A stretch of DNA of 58,526 nt, the filler included, from Sphacelaria rigidula (lineage: Eukaryota): assembly GCA_964200075.2 (NCBI GenBank). It is 8 parts of 8 records of this genome, joined end to end, with 100 filler letters (N's around TTAATTAATTAA, not from the genome) between each part and the next. Parts side by side here need not be neighbours in the genome. Positions count along the whole stretch, not along the records: positions 1 to 7,229 come from CAXNAA020015855.1; positions 7,330 to 14,558 come from CAXNAA020015856.1; 6 more parts are not named here. The stretch is one strand, 5' to 3'. Of this stretch, positions 1 to 11,072 are shown piece by piece (the first letter of the stretch is position 1; every line of letters begins with the position of its first letter). The notes under the pieces were generated by a model. That model saw only the letters and a program-made list of their open reading frames with translations. It ran no database searches and had not been told where the DNA came from. The translations under genes were made by a program, and so were the position numbers.

Positions 1-204
1 AAATGACATGTCATAATCCCAGATTTTCGGCACGCGAAAAGGCGTGTGCCGCCCCAGCAGATATGCACTGCAACCACTACATAGGGTATACCTTAAATAA
101 CAGAATGATCTCTTATTCGTATTTCCCGTGCACGTCATGATCCAATCTCCATATCTATTTCCTTCGTATCCAGTCAGATCCTGGAGCGTAAGTATAATCG
201 ATTA

Positions 205-419
205 GACCGCGTGCTTAGAGGACCGCGCCGTAGTTCAAAACACCTCAGGATCGACGTTTTTTAAAACCAATCGGGTCAGTCCCTGGAGGTACCACGCCCC
301 TGACCATAACCATAACCCTAACACTAACACTCACACTAACCCTAACTCTAACCCTAACCATAGGGATGTTCAAATTCCGATGCGGTCCTCTAAGCACGTG
401 GTCCTCTCACGCATTACAG
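205..419 (-). mobile_element. MITE with an internal degenerate telomeric (CCCTAA)n tract, copy 1
   Basis: Inverted ends GACCGCGTGCTTAGAGGACCGC / GCGGTCCTCTAAGCACGTGGTC, about 11 CCCTAA-like hexamers near 298-363, and homology in the opposite orientation to 33615-33812. Confidence 0.8.
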
Positions 420-420
420 A

Positions 421-2190
421 TAGTACCCACATACGACCTTCTCGAACCGTGTAGGATCCGTATCCACCGGACTACGCGGTCTTTCGATTCGAGGTATTAA
501 CATCCTGGGATCCATTCTCTTCTCAAGACGTTCAGTCGTACTGTGCTCTTCAGCGAGCTTGACTTCCACTATCTAGTGATACCATCAAGATGCTGTTGTT
601 TTCACTGCTTGTGATCTCGCATCACTACCGTACCGTCCTACTTTACCCACTACGAGTACTCCTCAAAGTGTTCGATGCGTAGTTTGTGTATTTTGAAGGG
701 GCGGGTTGCAATCGACACCAGTATATACTTCCTCTGTCCCAGAAGTAAACTACGTTATGATTACACGGACTCTTAACCGTGTCCTTTGCCGTAGATGATC
801 ATGTTTTTGGAATCTTTGGTGTTTTTTTAGTTGAATCCGATATTTTTTGTTTGCGCACAACTCGGCATGGACGAACGGCCGAAAAAACACCAGTCGGCCG
901 AAAAAGCCCTATTATTCCGCCCCTTTTCCGGAAAGCTGAGAAGAACGACGGAATCGCGGAAAAGTGGCCAAAATCACGAACAAAACGGAAACTGGCTATT
1001 TTTCTCCGATTCGTCGCTTGTGTGTGACACCTACGTGTCGTCCAAAACCCCTCGGGCACGTAGCAGCCTTCGTTTAATACAAAGTGGTCAAAATTGGTCG
1101 AAATTTGGTAATTTTCGACCCAAACATTCTCAGTAAGTACGAGTCGGATTTTTTTTTTTTTTCTGCGGTCATCGCCATGACCAGAGCTTTCCAGCGAGCC
1201 CAAGTATAGCATAATGAGAACGTGCATCGGCGAGATACGATCTGACGCCCATAACGTAGTTTACGTATGGGACAGAGGAAGTAGTACAACTAATGGAATC
1301 ACAGCAAAGCAGAAAGTGTCGGGGGTTCGTCGTTCGACCCTCTCACTCCGACGTCGGAGAACCCCAAAATACGTACTCACATGGGGTGGTATGGCACAGG
1401 TAGTAGTACTACATTGGCATCGTTCTTCTTCACATCCACAGCTTCATATGTCGTCCAACGACATCAACCGAGTTACAGTATCTCATTTCGTGTCAGTCAT
1501 GGCTGTATGCGGTATATGAAGCTGTGAGCTTGATCGTACCTACATACAATCTTCGCGAGCCGCGTAGGATTCGTAGCCACCGGAATCCGCGGGCTTTCAA
1601 GTGGAGGTATTCGGAAGGAGGGATTCAGGCTACTCTCAAGACGTACAGTCGTCGCACCATGCTCCACAGCGAGCTTGGTTTCCTTCCTTCAGTGCTACCA
1701 GCTAGGTGCTATTCTCATCATTCCTTCTGCATCGTGTATCACGACGGTACCGCACTGCTTTTCCCAATACGAGTGCTCCTTTCAGGTGTTCATGGGAGGT
1801 TAAATGCAATTGACATCTGATTCAGTAGACAGTTCGTGAGATCGCAGGGAAGCAGGAAGCAATGGGGGAATCATCGCTCTACCCTCTCGCTCCAACGCCG
1901 GAAGACCCCGAAAGAGGTCCTCTAGTGGGGTGGTACGGCACGAGTGGTGGCACCACATTCGCATCGTTCTTCTTCTTTACACACACGATATTGTGCATCG
2001 CCCACCGATATCAACCACGCCACCTCATTTCTTGTCGGCCGTGGCTGTGGGTAGTACGTGAAGCGGCGAGCTTAAGCGTACCTACACCCGATCTTCTCGA
2101 ACTGTGTAGAATCCGTAGCCACCGGACTACACGGCCTTTCAGGTCGAGGTAGTCACAGAGAGGGACTCAGGCTCCTCTCCACACGTACAG
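421..2190. repeat. Diverged tandem repeat with a ~545-bp unit, interrupted by a MITE
   Basis: Homologous GTACCxACA..GATCCGTAGCCACCGGACTAC..GAGGTA blocks start near 423, 1536 and 2078. The 1113-bp first spacing falls to ~557 bp once the 728-1281 insertion is removed. Confidence 0.75.
728..1281. mobile_element. Stowaway-like (Tc1/mariner) MITE with TA target duplication
   Basis: TA|CTTCCTCTGTCCCAGAAGTAAACTACGTTATG ... CATAACGTAGTTTACGTATGGGACAGAGGAAG|TA; the ends resemble the Stowaway CTCCCTCCRT terminus. Confidence 0.85.
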
Positions 2191-3246
2191 TCGTACAGTC
2201 TTACAGTACAGGGGCCCCCTCGTTGAGAATTTAGACTGTGACGCCACTTTGCGTCTATCCAAGCATAGCGATAAGCCAGGAGAGACTGGTGCGCGATACA
2301 GGAAAAACGCTACGTGCTGCAGTGCAAGTTACCCGTACTTGGTGTATACTTCCACATCAAGGTTCGACTTCATGAGTATCAACTGCCAAGTGTTCGAGTT
2401 CCCCTGAATCTTGCAGAATTGCATTCCCAAGTTAAATGCAGGTCCAGTTTTCGAGGTGAATGAAGGATCGAAGTAAAGTTGAAGTGTCGAATTTGAAATC
2501 GATGATCAACTTGAAAGCGCGAAAGTCTAAGCTTCAAGTTGAAAGTCAGACCTTGTTGAACCCTCAGAGCTTCGACATGAAATAATTGAAGTTCAAGTCG
2601 AAGGCTGAACTTGTCGATTGTGAACCTCCAAGTTAATATCCGCTCTAAAAGTCGAATCTTAAACTCGAAGGCTCCACTTTCAGGTGAAATCTTCAGCCTG
2701 CAACTTTAAGGCCCGACGTTCAAAGCTTTAACTTGCAATTTCAACTTTCAGCTTGAATTTGAGATAGTAGCGGCTACCCGTTGCTGTGGACGGCGCATGC
2801 TTGACTCACGTCGCTGCTGCGCAACAGGCATCGTGCCAGGAGCCAAACCCGGTTATAGTGAGGTGGTGCACGAACAGCTTATTATTCACATGATGTTCTG
2901 CCAGCAGGCGGCGCAAGTGTGCTGTACTACCACATCTACTACTACTAGCTACTGTTACTACCAGATATTGCTTGTTAATGATTTCCCACGACGTGAATAA
3001 ATAGCAGCCAACCGCCTTCGAAACACGCTTTTCCGGTTGCTGGCAGGCCACTACTGTTGCCAAAGAGTCGACATTCACGTCAGGGACCATCTACGCAGGA
3101 GGTATTCACGATTGATCACGCAGGACCGATCCACGAGTTTGGTTGTCGCTACCGATGCTTTGAGAAGGCGCAAACTTCTGTACTCAAAAACAGAAGCGAC
3201 CTTTACTTCCTGCTGCTGCATTTTGTTTGCTCGCGCGCCAAGGCGC

Positions 3247-6200
3247 TCATTTCAGGAATACATGAACGCTTCTTCTTGCGAATCCTCCCACGGCTTCTTC
3301 GGGTGGACCGATCTCTTGCCACGAGCTGAAACCCACCTGCAAGGTGTACACCGTAGAGAGATAGCAAAAAACAAGGCATGAGGCGCAGAAAATAGATGAC
3401 CATGTTTTACTGCAGAGTCCAGCACTACTGACAAACAGCGTGACCCCGCCACGTTGACAATATGTGTCCTTGGAAATAATTCGGGGAACCCCTTCATGTT
3501 TGAGCCGTAGCGCAGTGATGGTGGATCACAAACGGGGGCTCGCTTCGCCGTCTAGCTGCAACCTATCGTAGCCTAGCACTACAACATCTTGGTAACTACG
3601 GTATGCTTGGCAGTAGGTGGACAGAGGATATGTAGATGCCAAACTGATGAATTGCGCTCCTGGGGAGCGATCATCATCTGACCACGCCAGTTCGCGTGCA
3701 AGTATTGCCTGTCAAATTTCAGCTACTACAGTAGGCGACAGCAAACGCACCTCTCCCGTGAGCAAAGCAGGAAAGTCCGGCGGTCGAAGGCGTATGGTGT
3801 TTGCATGTTCTCTAGCTTCGGCTGAACCATGCTGGCGTGCGCTTTTCTTGTACGATTTCCAAGGCTGGTAATAAAAGGTAGGAATCCCGTGTGCGAGCAA
3901 GGTCATCGTTTGAGTGGAATCCAGACATAGCGGAGATGGCAAAGCTGGAGACCTCCAGGAAATAGGTCGAATGTTAAAATATCTGGGCCAGTCAAGGATT
4001 CCGTAGGTCACGTGTGCATACTGCTGCGGCCGAACAAGTCTAGATACGTCATTCATTATCACGCATGATCCAGAAATTGTGGATCCGAATACGGAATGCC
4101 GCAAATGTGCGGGTGGGGTCGGCGTCGATACGGTGGCATCCAACCCAACACACGAGAGACGACTGTATACGAGTCGTTCAGCGAGGTGAAACCTTTTCCC
4201 TGCCTGTGCATAGGTTCATTCCCCAGCAGCATCGATCTAATTACAATAGCAGTGATTCTCATCACGAAGAGAGTTTTCAATATCTTTATACTAGCCGGTC
4301 GCCCCGGTGGCTCAGTTGGTAATCTCAAAATCTTCTGACGGCTGGGTCGTGGGTTCGAATCTCGGTGCGGTCACACGATCTGTGATTTTTTCCCACACGA
4401 TGCCCAACAGTGGAAAGCGACTATGTTGTTTGTACACAAAAATATGACGGTCGAGAAGGGAAAAGGGACTGCTGCAACCCTCTCGCGATAAAAAATAGGG
4501 CAGGCACCGCAGACGGAAGGTGGAGTATTGAAAAAAAAATCCGGTGTTGGTTTTCTTTTGGAAGACCTCGGCTGATGAGTCCACACATATCGAAAGGTGT
4601 AGACCGGCGTCCAGAATAGATAGGATGACAACACCACACACCAGCCACTACGAGCGCAAAAATGTCACTTGTGGCTTATGCTCACCTGCGGTTCCAAGAT
4701 AAGTCTACCGCCCGGCCTGAGCAACGCGTGAGCTTTACGGAACACGCGTAGAAGAGTTTCGTCCCCGCCATTGATGTGTATCCACTTCACCACGCTGAAG
4801 AGTGACACCACATCGTACCCGCGTTCACTGTGTGGGTCGGCGGTGAAGTCCTCACGCTCAAAAGAGACAGAACATCCGGCAAGAAATGCCGCGGTAGAGG
4901 CACCAGACTCTGCGGTTTCATCAAAGCATTCATCAGCCCCTTCTCCGCTCGTACCGCCTGATTGACGAAGCTGCCGGTCTCCCGGTTTCGCCTGCTCAAC
5001 CAATGCATTGCATTTACGGGGCTGCTTGTCTGATTTCACATCTGCATGCCCGTTGCGGCAGTCTTGTTCGCGTGCCTTCGTTGCAGGATCCTTCATATTC
5101 CCCGCCTTTCCCGGCAGCTGCCCGTTCTTTTCCGCAAGGCTCCCCGCCGCTTTACCCTCGCCATTCCTTCGTGAAGCACCATCAACAGCCATTGCCGTAG
5201 TCCGTGGATGCTTCGCTGTGGCCCTCGGTGGCGTAGATGTCGCTGCTTTTCTTTTCTCACGCGATACCCCAATCGTTTCGTCTTCCTCCGAATCTAAACC
5301 AGAGTAATCATCGCATCTTGACAAGCGAGGGGCGTCTTTGTCGTTGCCAGCGGGCGTTAGTTTAGTCCCCCCGCGCACGGAGCGCGGCATCAACGGCCTG
5401 AAAGAGTTCGCGGCAACGAGTACTTTGCTGAAGGAGTTTCGTCCAGCGCCCTTAGCATCATCCGTCCCCGACAGCCTCTCATGCCTCTCCGCTTCACGCT
5501 TGGCAATATCGGCACCCGCCCGAATCTCGTCCGCCAGAATCTGCCGATGTCGAAGGTCGGCACGCACATAAAGAAACGCTCGTAAATGATGAGGTTACTA
5601 CAATATCCGGGCCGGTAGACCAGAAAGAGATACCTGAGAGCAAGAGTGTCAAGCTTCTCATGTCCTCGTCTCGTGATTTGTAGCTCTTGCGTTGGCAAAT
5701 GTCGTTTCATGCAGTGGCACAGCGCCTCCCAACAGAGAGCGGCTACAGAAGGCCCCGCATACAAACTGGGCGACCCCTGTCCCTGGATATTTTTCATGAT
5801 TTTTCGCGTGGCCATCCTTCCCTCACAGTGAATGTTTGATTCCAAAGTTCGGGGATCGAGGAATACTAGCTTCCACTTCACTTCCGGAGAAGATCATTTT
5901 TTCACTCAATAATGAACGACTTACGGGATGACCAGTTCTTGGGTGTCCTGCGACTATACAGCCCCAGGATCTGACGGATATATTGCTCGATGGAATCAAA
6001 CCCAAGATTCCTAGTGAACAGATGAAATGACTCCTTTTTTCGAAATCTTCACCTATTCATTGCGCTCCAGCCGAAGAACTGTGTTTTTTTGGTAAATTGA
6101 CGGTCAATAATACATTACTGACGAGCGCAATCGTTACTGCGGATCAACCCGACAACACCAACTTGGGGGTGGTGCCCTATGCACGACCCGTTGATTTTCT

Positions 6201-6881
6201 CAATATCTATTGACTCTATGGCTGTCAAGTCCTGAGGAAGAAGAATAAGCGAGAAAATTGAAAAACAAAGAAAAAAGCACTTGAAAAAATTCGCCCAATT
6301 CGCATGCAGACTACTTACTATGGCATTCATGCCAATCATGTGACAATACGGGCGTTATCAAGGATGCCAGTCAACGAGCAAGTTCCAAGGACAAGAAGGA
6401 CCATGCCCCCAACCCCAAGTACACACCAAGCGCATGACCCGTCACGTGCACCTGGACGATTTTCCAGGGAATACTAGCTGCGACTTTTGCTGTCGACAGG
6501 AAACGGCTAGTATACCTGTCGCAATCGCAAGCTGTGCCACGGCTGCTGAACCGCATCGCATGAAGTACAGTTGAAACGGTTATGTGTTCACATAGAAAAT
6601 AACCAGTACAATATTGTAGGCGAGCTCCACGATGTACTGTACACTCCATGCGCTTACCTGCCGTGCCCGCTGCACCAAGAAGCCGTCGATATCGATCCCG
6701 ACCATCCGTCTGGGGCGAAAGCGGCGAACGAGTGCCAGTGTAAGGTAGCCTTCGTTGCTACCGACATCCAAGCACTTCTTGCCCTCGAACCAAGAAGCTT
6801 GGAGAAGGTCTATTCTTGGATCATGCAGGGCGTCGGTGGCCTCTATGGATGCAGTTTTTCCGTAACGGGTCCCATAGTACC
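3247..6881 (-). CDS. MEPCE: Bin3/MePCE-family RNA methylphosphate capping methyltransferase, 5'-partial; exons 6881-6658, 5540-4686, 3864-3751, 3336-3247
   Basis: GT-AG exons join in frame (phase 0 at all three junctions) and give family motifs in the expected order: YYGTR..DPRI..LDVGSNEG..GIDID / YDVVSLFSVVKWIHINGGD..LRPGGRLILEPQ / PWKSY..IRLRPPDF / VGFSSW..GFARRSVHVFLK-stop. The first exon or exons were not found in this contig. Confidence 0.9.
4294..4642 (+). mobile_element. tRNA-derived SINE, full-length copy inside a Bin3/MePCE intron
   Basis: A-box TGGCTCAGTTGG and B-box GGTTCGAATC in the head, a ~270-bp body and a CA-rich tail; several other copies in the window. Confidence 0.85.
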
Positions 6882-6896
6882 CTGCGGTAGTGATAT

Positions 6897-7229
6897 GGGG
6901 GGGGGGGGGTGTACTCATGATCGGGGGGTACTCATTTGTTGCTTGCCTTAGTCGTTTGACCATTGACCACGCAGCCCTTGCGAGACGGACCACAGTTCCT
7001 ACTCCTGATAGAGACACGTTCAACATTCCGACGCTAATTACGTTTCCTTCATACATTACACAAAAACCGCTGACGTATCTTATCCCCGTTCTGTTCCACC
7101 GTCTCTGGCCACCATCTATCTCGTAGTATAACCATCGTTTTTACGCTAGTGTCATATAGGGGTGTACTCATAATCATGCATGCCATAGTCATCAGACCAT
7201 TGACCTCGCATCCCTACAAAGCCGGGACG
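6897..7229. repeat. Dispersed repeat family with GGGGTGTACTCAT ends; relatives at ~16970-17112 (reverse), ~21648-21722 (reverse) and ~32597-32670
   Basis: Shared GTACTCATTTGTTGCTTGCCT..AGTCGTTTGACCATTGACCACGC and CATGCATGCCATAGTCATCAGACCATTGAC..CGCATCCCTACA..GCCGGGACG blocks. Confidence 0.75.
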
Positions 7230-7329
7230 NNNNNNNNNNNNNNNNNNNNNNNNNNNNNNNNNNNNNNNNNNNNTTAATTAATTAANNNNNNNNNNNNNNN
7301 NNNNNNNNNNNNNNNNNNNNNNNNNNNNN
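7230..7329. other. Artificial contig spacer (N44-TTAATTAATTAA-N44); identical spacers at 14559-14658, 21887-21986, 29215-29314, 36543-36642, 43871-43970 and 51199-51298
   Basis: Seven identical 100-bp linkers whose core places a stop codon in all six frames; the segments between them are 7229, 7229, 7228, 7228, 7228, 7228, 7228 and 7228 bp. Confidence 0.98.
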
Positions 7330-7344
7330 AATTTTGTCTGGTTC

Positions 7345-7548
7345 AGGGGCTCCTAACGGTTCTAGATGAACAAGAATACGGGTCAGGGCACCCCCGTTTT
7401 CAGATATATTCGGGATATCCCTAGCACATTGGAATAGCAATCCTGGCGTACTCTCGCATATTTTTATAATTCGTGTTTTGGATGAGATAAGGGGCTCCTA
7501 ATAATTCTAATCTCAGAAATTATTTCTGTACCCCTACCGTAGCATCAC
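7345..7548. repeat. Dispersed repeat, inverted homologue of ~29368-29598
   Basis: Shared GGGGCTCCTAA, CCCGTTTTCA..TATATTC and ACCCCTACCGTAGCAT motifs. Confidence 0.6.
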
Positions 7549-8269
7549 TCAGGTTGCATCCATCTGCCCCCGATCTTGCGATCATCCTAACCCCACCAAA
7601 CGAAGTCATGATTTGAAACCTTCACCTGGATGCCGTTGGCTGTCACATATAGACATGGTGCATGTGGTGTGTGTGGGGCGGGGGGGTTCAGCGCTATATA
7701 CTCCTCAGATGCCACAAACAGACACGAATTGGGCTGGTTCAGTTGGCATCCAACAAGGAAGCCGGCGTACCGACCAATAACGACATGACGAGGGGGGTTC
7801 CTCAGACATGGTGTTTCGTTCACACGCGCCCTACCGGGCCTGGCAAGTCGAAGTGAACCACTCCAACCTCAAGCCCCCCAGCCTAAATTCCTAACCTACC
7901 GGATTTATCGTGCTCAAGCCGTGCGTGCTCTCGGTATCTATCTGAATCTGCAAAACGCCGCGCACTCAACCAGTGCAGCCCGGACAGCCACTTTCATCCG
8001 ATCGATCTCGGCTGCATCATCATCATGCATACAACGCGTCTCACCTGTCCCCGCAGGTACACTGTAGTAGTTTCGTGATAGCGGGCACCTAATGAATGCT
8101 GCCAGTGTCTCACCCTCACTCCGCAGCTCGCGCAACGTCGGCAAAAACACAGATCCACCAATGCTGTTCCAGGGTAATGTTGCGGTACGGTTGTGCACTG
8201 CATCTGGCTTAAAACATCATGGATCGGCTCCTGGAACATTTCCGTGTCATGTTCCACCGTATGTTGCAG

Positions 8270-8397
8270 CGGAATGTCATTATTTTCAACAAGCGGAATA
8301 ACGAAGATCAGACATCTGCCCTCCAGAAGGCGAAGCGACTGGGAAGAGAGAGAACCGAAAGGAGTGTGGAGGAGAGGGAGGCTGGCATTATTCAGCG
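8270..8397 (+). CDS. Orphan candidate exon
   Basis: TTGCAG acceptor, GTGAGT donor and an open charged peptide RNVIIFNKRNNEDQTSALQKAKRLGRERTERSVEEREAGIIQ. Confidence 0.35.
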
Positions 8398-10686
8398 GTG
8401 AGTCATATACATTCTCCGCCCGCTGTGCATACTCAGTAATAGTAATGCATTGCAGTGTGACAGCGTTGACGGACCTCTTTTCACGGCACTCGACCGACTC
8501 CACCGTTGTACATGTAGTGAACAGCCCGGTAAACAGTAATACCTTCTACAAGTGAGAACAATCAGTCCGTACCGAACGCTTCAGTGCCTTCGAGCGGGCA
8601 CTCAATACGCAATTCTAATGCAGTCAGTAAAGAGGGTACAGTTGTTGCATACTCCGCGGCATTCCGTTGAATCATTTTCCACTGATGTTTGAATGCGATG
8701 CACCGCGGTGGGCTGCAGGTTGCATCTTTGGAAGTGCCTCGACACGCATTTCACTCCGTTGCAGCAGTCAGTGTCATTCTGTCTCTTGATGGTTAGGGCC
8801 AAACCTCGCAATCGGTGCAACCTTGTTTTCCTGCGCAATACCATGGGCTGCGGTACGTGATTACATCACGTTGCGCTTGTGCCAGTGTCGCGCTTCTGGC
8901 TAAGTGGCTCTGCTACTATTTTTGCGTGGATCTCATGAAACTATGAACCGAGACAAAGCTTACCTGCTACATATCATGAAACCCACTATTGACCGTCTGT
9001 CGGTAGCCCGCCTGCCGTGATGCGCGTCACGCAATTCACATGTGCAACGACGGCTGTAGAGCCCACCGTTAGTTGGAATACTACGCCACGGACGAAATGG
9101 TGCAATGGTGGGGCCTCTTATAGCTCGACTTATATTACTTGCCGTGTGGTACGGGCCGATACGAATTCGAAAGCGGACGCTCATCACAGCACAAAGGTTC
9201 AAATGGGGCTAAATAGTGCAGATAGTACAGGGCAGCATATGAATTTTTCTGCGGTGAAGTTTTACAAGATTCTCCAGCAGCGCTTGGCCTGCTCCCGCTG
9301 ATTACTGCTTCTTGAAGACACCATCGAAGCCCGTTGCGCTTCTCTTGTGTCGTCTTTTGACCAGGCGCACCGATACTCTTTGAATCCCTACTCCACGCGG
9401 TTGTGCGCATACTCACCCTCACATCTCTGTCTCGAAGTCCATGTCACCCAACGTATCAAAGCTCTGAGGATGAGCTGATAAGCGGGTCACCCAACAGCTG
9501 TTTCCGCAGAAATACGGCACGTATGGCAAGTGTTCGAGATCTACCCAGTGTGAAAATATGTCAGCGCCATAGTCCGAGAGCGCCACCGCAGTACAGAACA
9601 GTACCGTAGTACAACTTCTTTTGCTCCGCGTTAGGCTCTGCAACCTCCTTCTACGACTTTCGTGCGTTCGTGTTGGCAATGCGGCAGCAGAGGCTATATC
9701 GAAACCGCTCACGAATGCGTGATGGTGAACGCTGACTACTAAGGTCTGAGTTGTGCTGAAAGGAACTCAGGAAAATATATCCATGATGAGTTGTTGTCTG
9801 CCAGGTGTGGCGCAGAGGACATCCCATCGCCAATTTTCGACCCTAGACCTTTCGTATCGCGTTAACCCCCCTGCTGGTCCAGAGGAAAGTAAATGGCAGA
9901 CAGTCTGGTGCTGTGCATCTTCCTCGCCACTGCAGAGTGGGGACCCATGTGCGTACACACGCTCGTGGACATCGCCTTTTTGGTTTTGCGTTGTGTACGA
10001 CAAGTACGATGCGATTTACCGTCAGCACGTCAGCACAGATTCCACCGCCCTAAGAAAAAATCCCAGATCGCTCCAAGATTTGAACCCACGACCTAACTAT
10101 CCAACAGTACAGATATACGCATAGATTCCATCACAGAATAGTGTGCAGTGACGGATGGATGAAAAAACAATGTTCCGTGACGGACGGTTTTCTTCCAAGA
10201 ATTTTCTGGTGGCTGGCCGGCGGGGCAAGCGTCACCTCATCCCTTTCTTCAACCATACGTGACAGACAAGAGTGTGGCGGGGGTCTTCGGGGGTGCCCTG
10301 CTGTTCTCGAGTCGGGTTCAAGCGAATTTGCAAGCTTTCGATCGAAAAGAGACGAGTGAAATTCGTGACCAACGTGCGCGTTCGCTTCTCCACTGTATAA
10401 ACACAGCGTTGTACTGTACTGTAATGTACTGTTGTACTGGCTGCTTTCACTACAGACTGTGTATGTGTTGTCGTCCCATCTAGACTACTGCTGTCTAAAA
10501 GGGCTATTAAATAGGCGTGACGGAGCCCACACCGTGAATAGCCACTCCACCTCTTCCCAGCGATCGTCGAGGAGCTTGGCCCCCTCCCGTATGACCGTCC
10601 ATCTCGTTTCCGCATATCAGTGCAACCGCTGGAGAAAAAACATTTCCGCGACACCGACCACTCACGGGCTTGTGAACATCTACTGA

Positions 10687-10880
10687 GGCCGTGCCTTATT
10701 GAATTGTTTTCGACTCGAAAACGTACGGTGGATTTAAATTTGCTTTTTACCTGATGATACGTCCACGGGATCCATGTTTTCAACCATCTGAGAAAATAAA
10801 GAGCGCGGTCGAATCAGAAACGAGAGAATGCGATTCGACCGTACATTTTCGACACGAAAACAGTTTGATAAGACACGGCC
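10687..10880. mobile_element. Tourist-like (PIF/Harbinger) MITE with TGA target duplication; diverged relative at ~44518-44706
   Basis: TGA|GGCCGTGCCTTAT ... ATAAGACACGGCC|TGA, with internal TTTTCGAnnCGAAAA palindromes. Confidence 0.8.
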
Positions 10881-10883
10881 TGA

Positions 10884-11072
10884 GGGCCTGCCTTAGCACA
10901 TCGGTTTTCGATCGAAAACGTGCGGTGGAAAACAAGAATCCTGATCTCATAGGTCGTAATTTCAACCATCGTCGTTTACTTTGAAGATGGTTGAAATCAT
11001 GACTTATCAGATCATGATTTTTGTTTTCCACCGCACTTTTTCGATCGAAAACTCATGTGCTAAAACAGGCCC
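10884..11072. mobile_element. Fold-back MITE directly abutting the previous element; related ends at ~12098-12190 and ~36453-36542
   Basis: GGGCCTGCCTTAGCACA ... TGTGCTAAAACAGGCCC; arms pair over most of the length and carry TTTTCGATCGAAAA motifs. Confidence 0.8.

Noticed and set aside
298..363. Chromosome end (telomere) near the window start
   Set aside because: The tract is short, degenerate and enclosed by MITE TIRs; the same element recurs at 33615.
4294..4368. tRNA gene
   Set aside because: It has A/B boxes but no convincing cloverleaf or anticodon arm, and it is attached to the SINE body wherever the flank is visible.
6882..7056. N-terminal part of the 6580-7056 ORF as real coding sequence
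   Set aside because: It derives from a dispersed repeat: the same MVKRLRQATNEYPP peptide appears in the ORF at 17071. The true exon starts at the 6881 acceptor.
7274..7285. Regularly spaced TTAATTAATTAA palindromes as a biological array
   Set aside because: They are always centred in N44 runs, so they are an assembly or concatenation linker.
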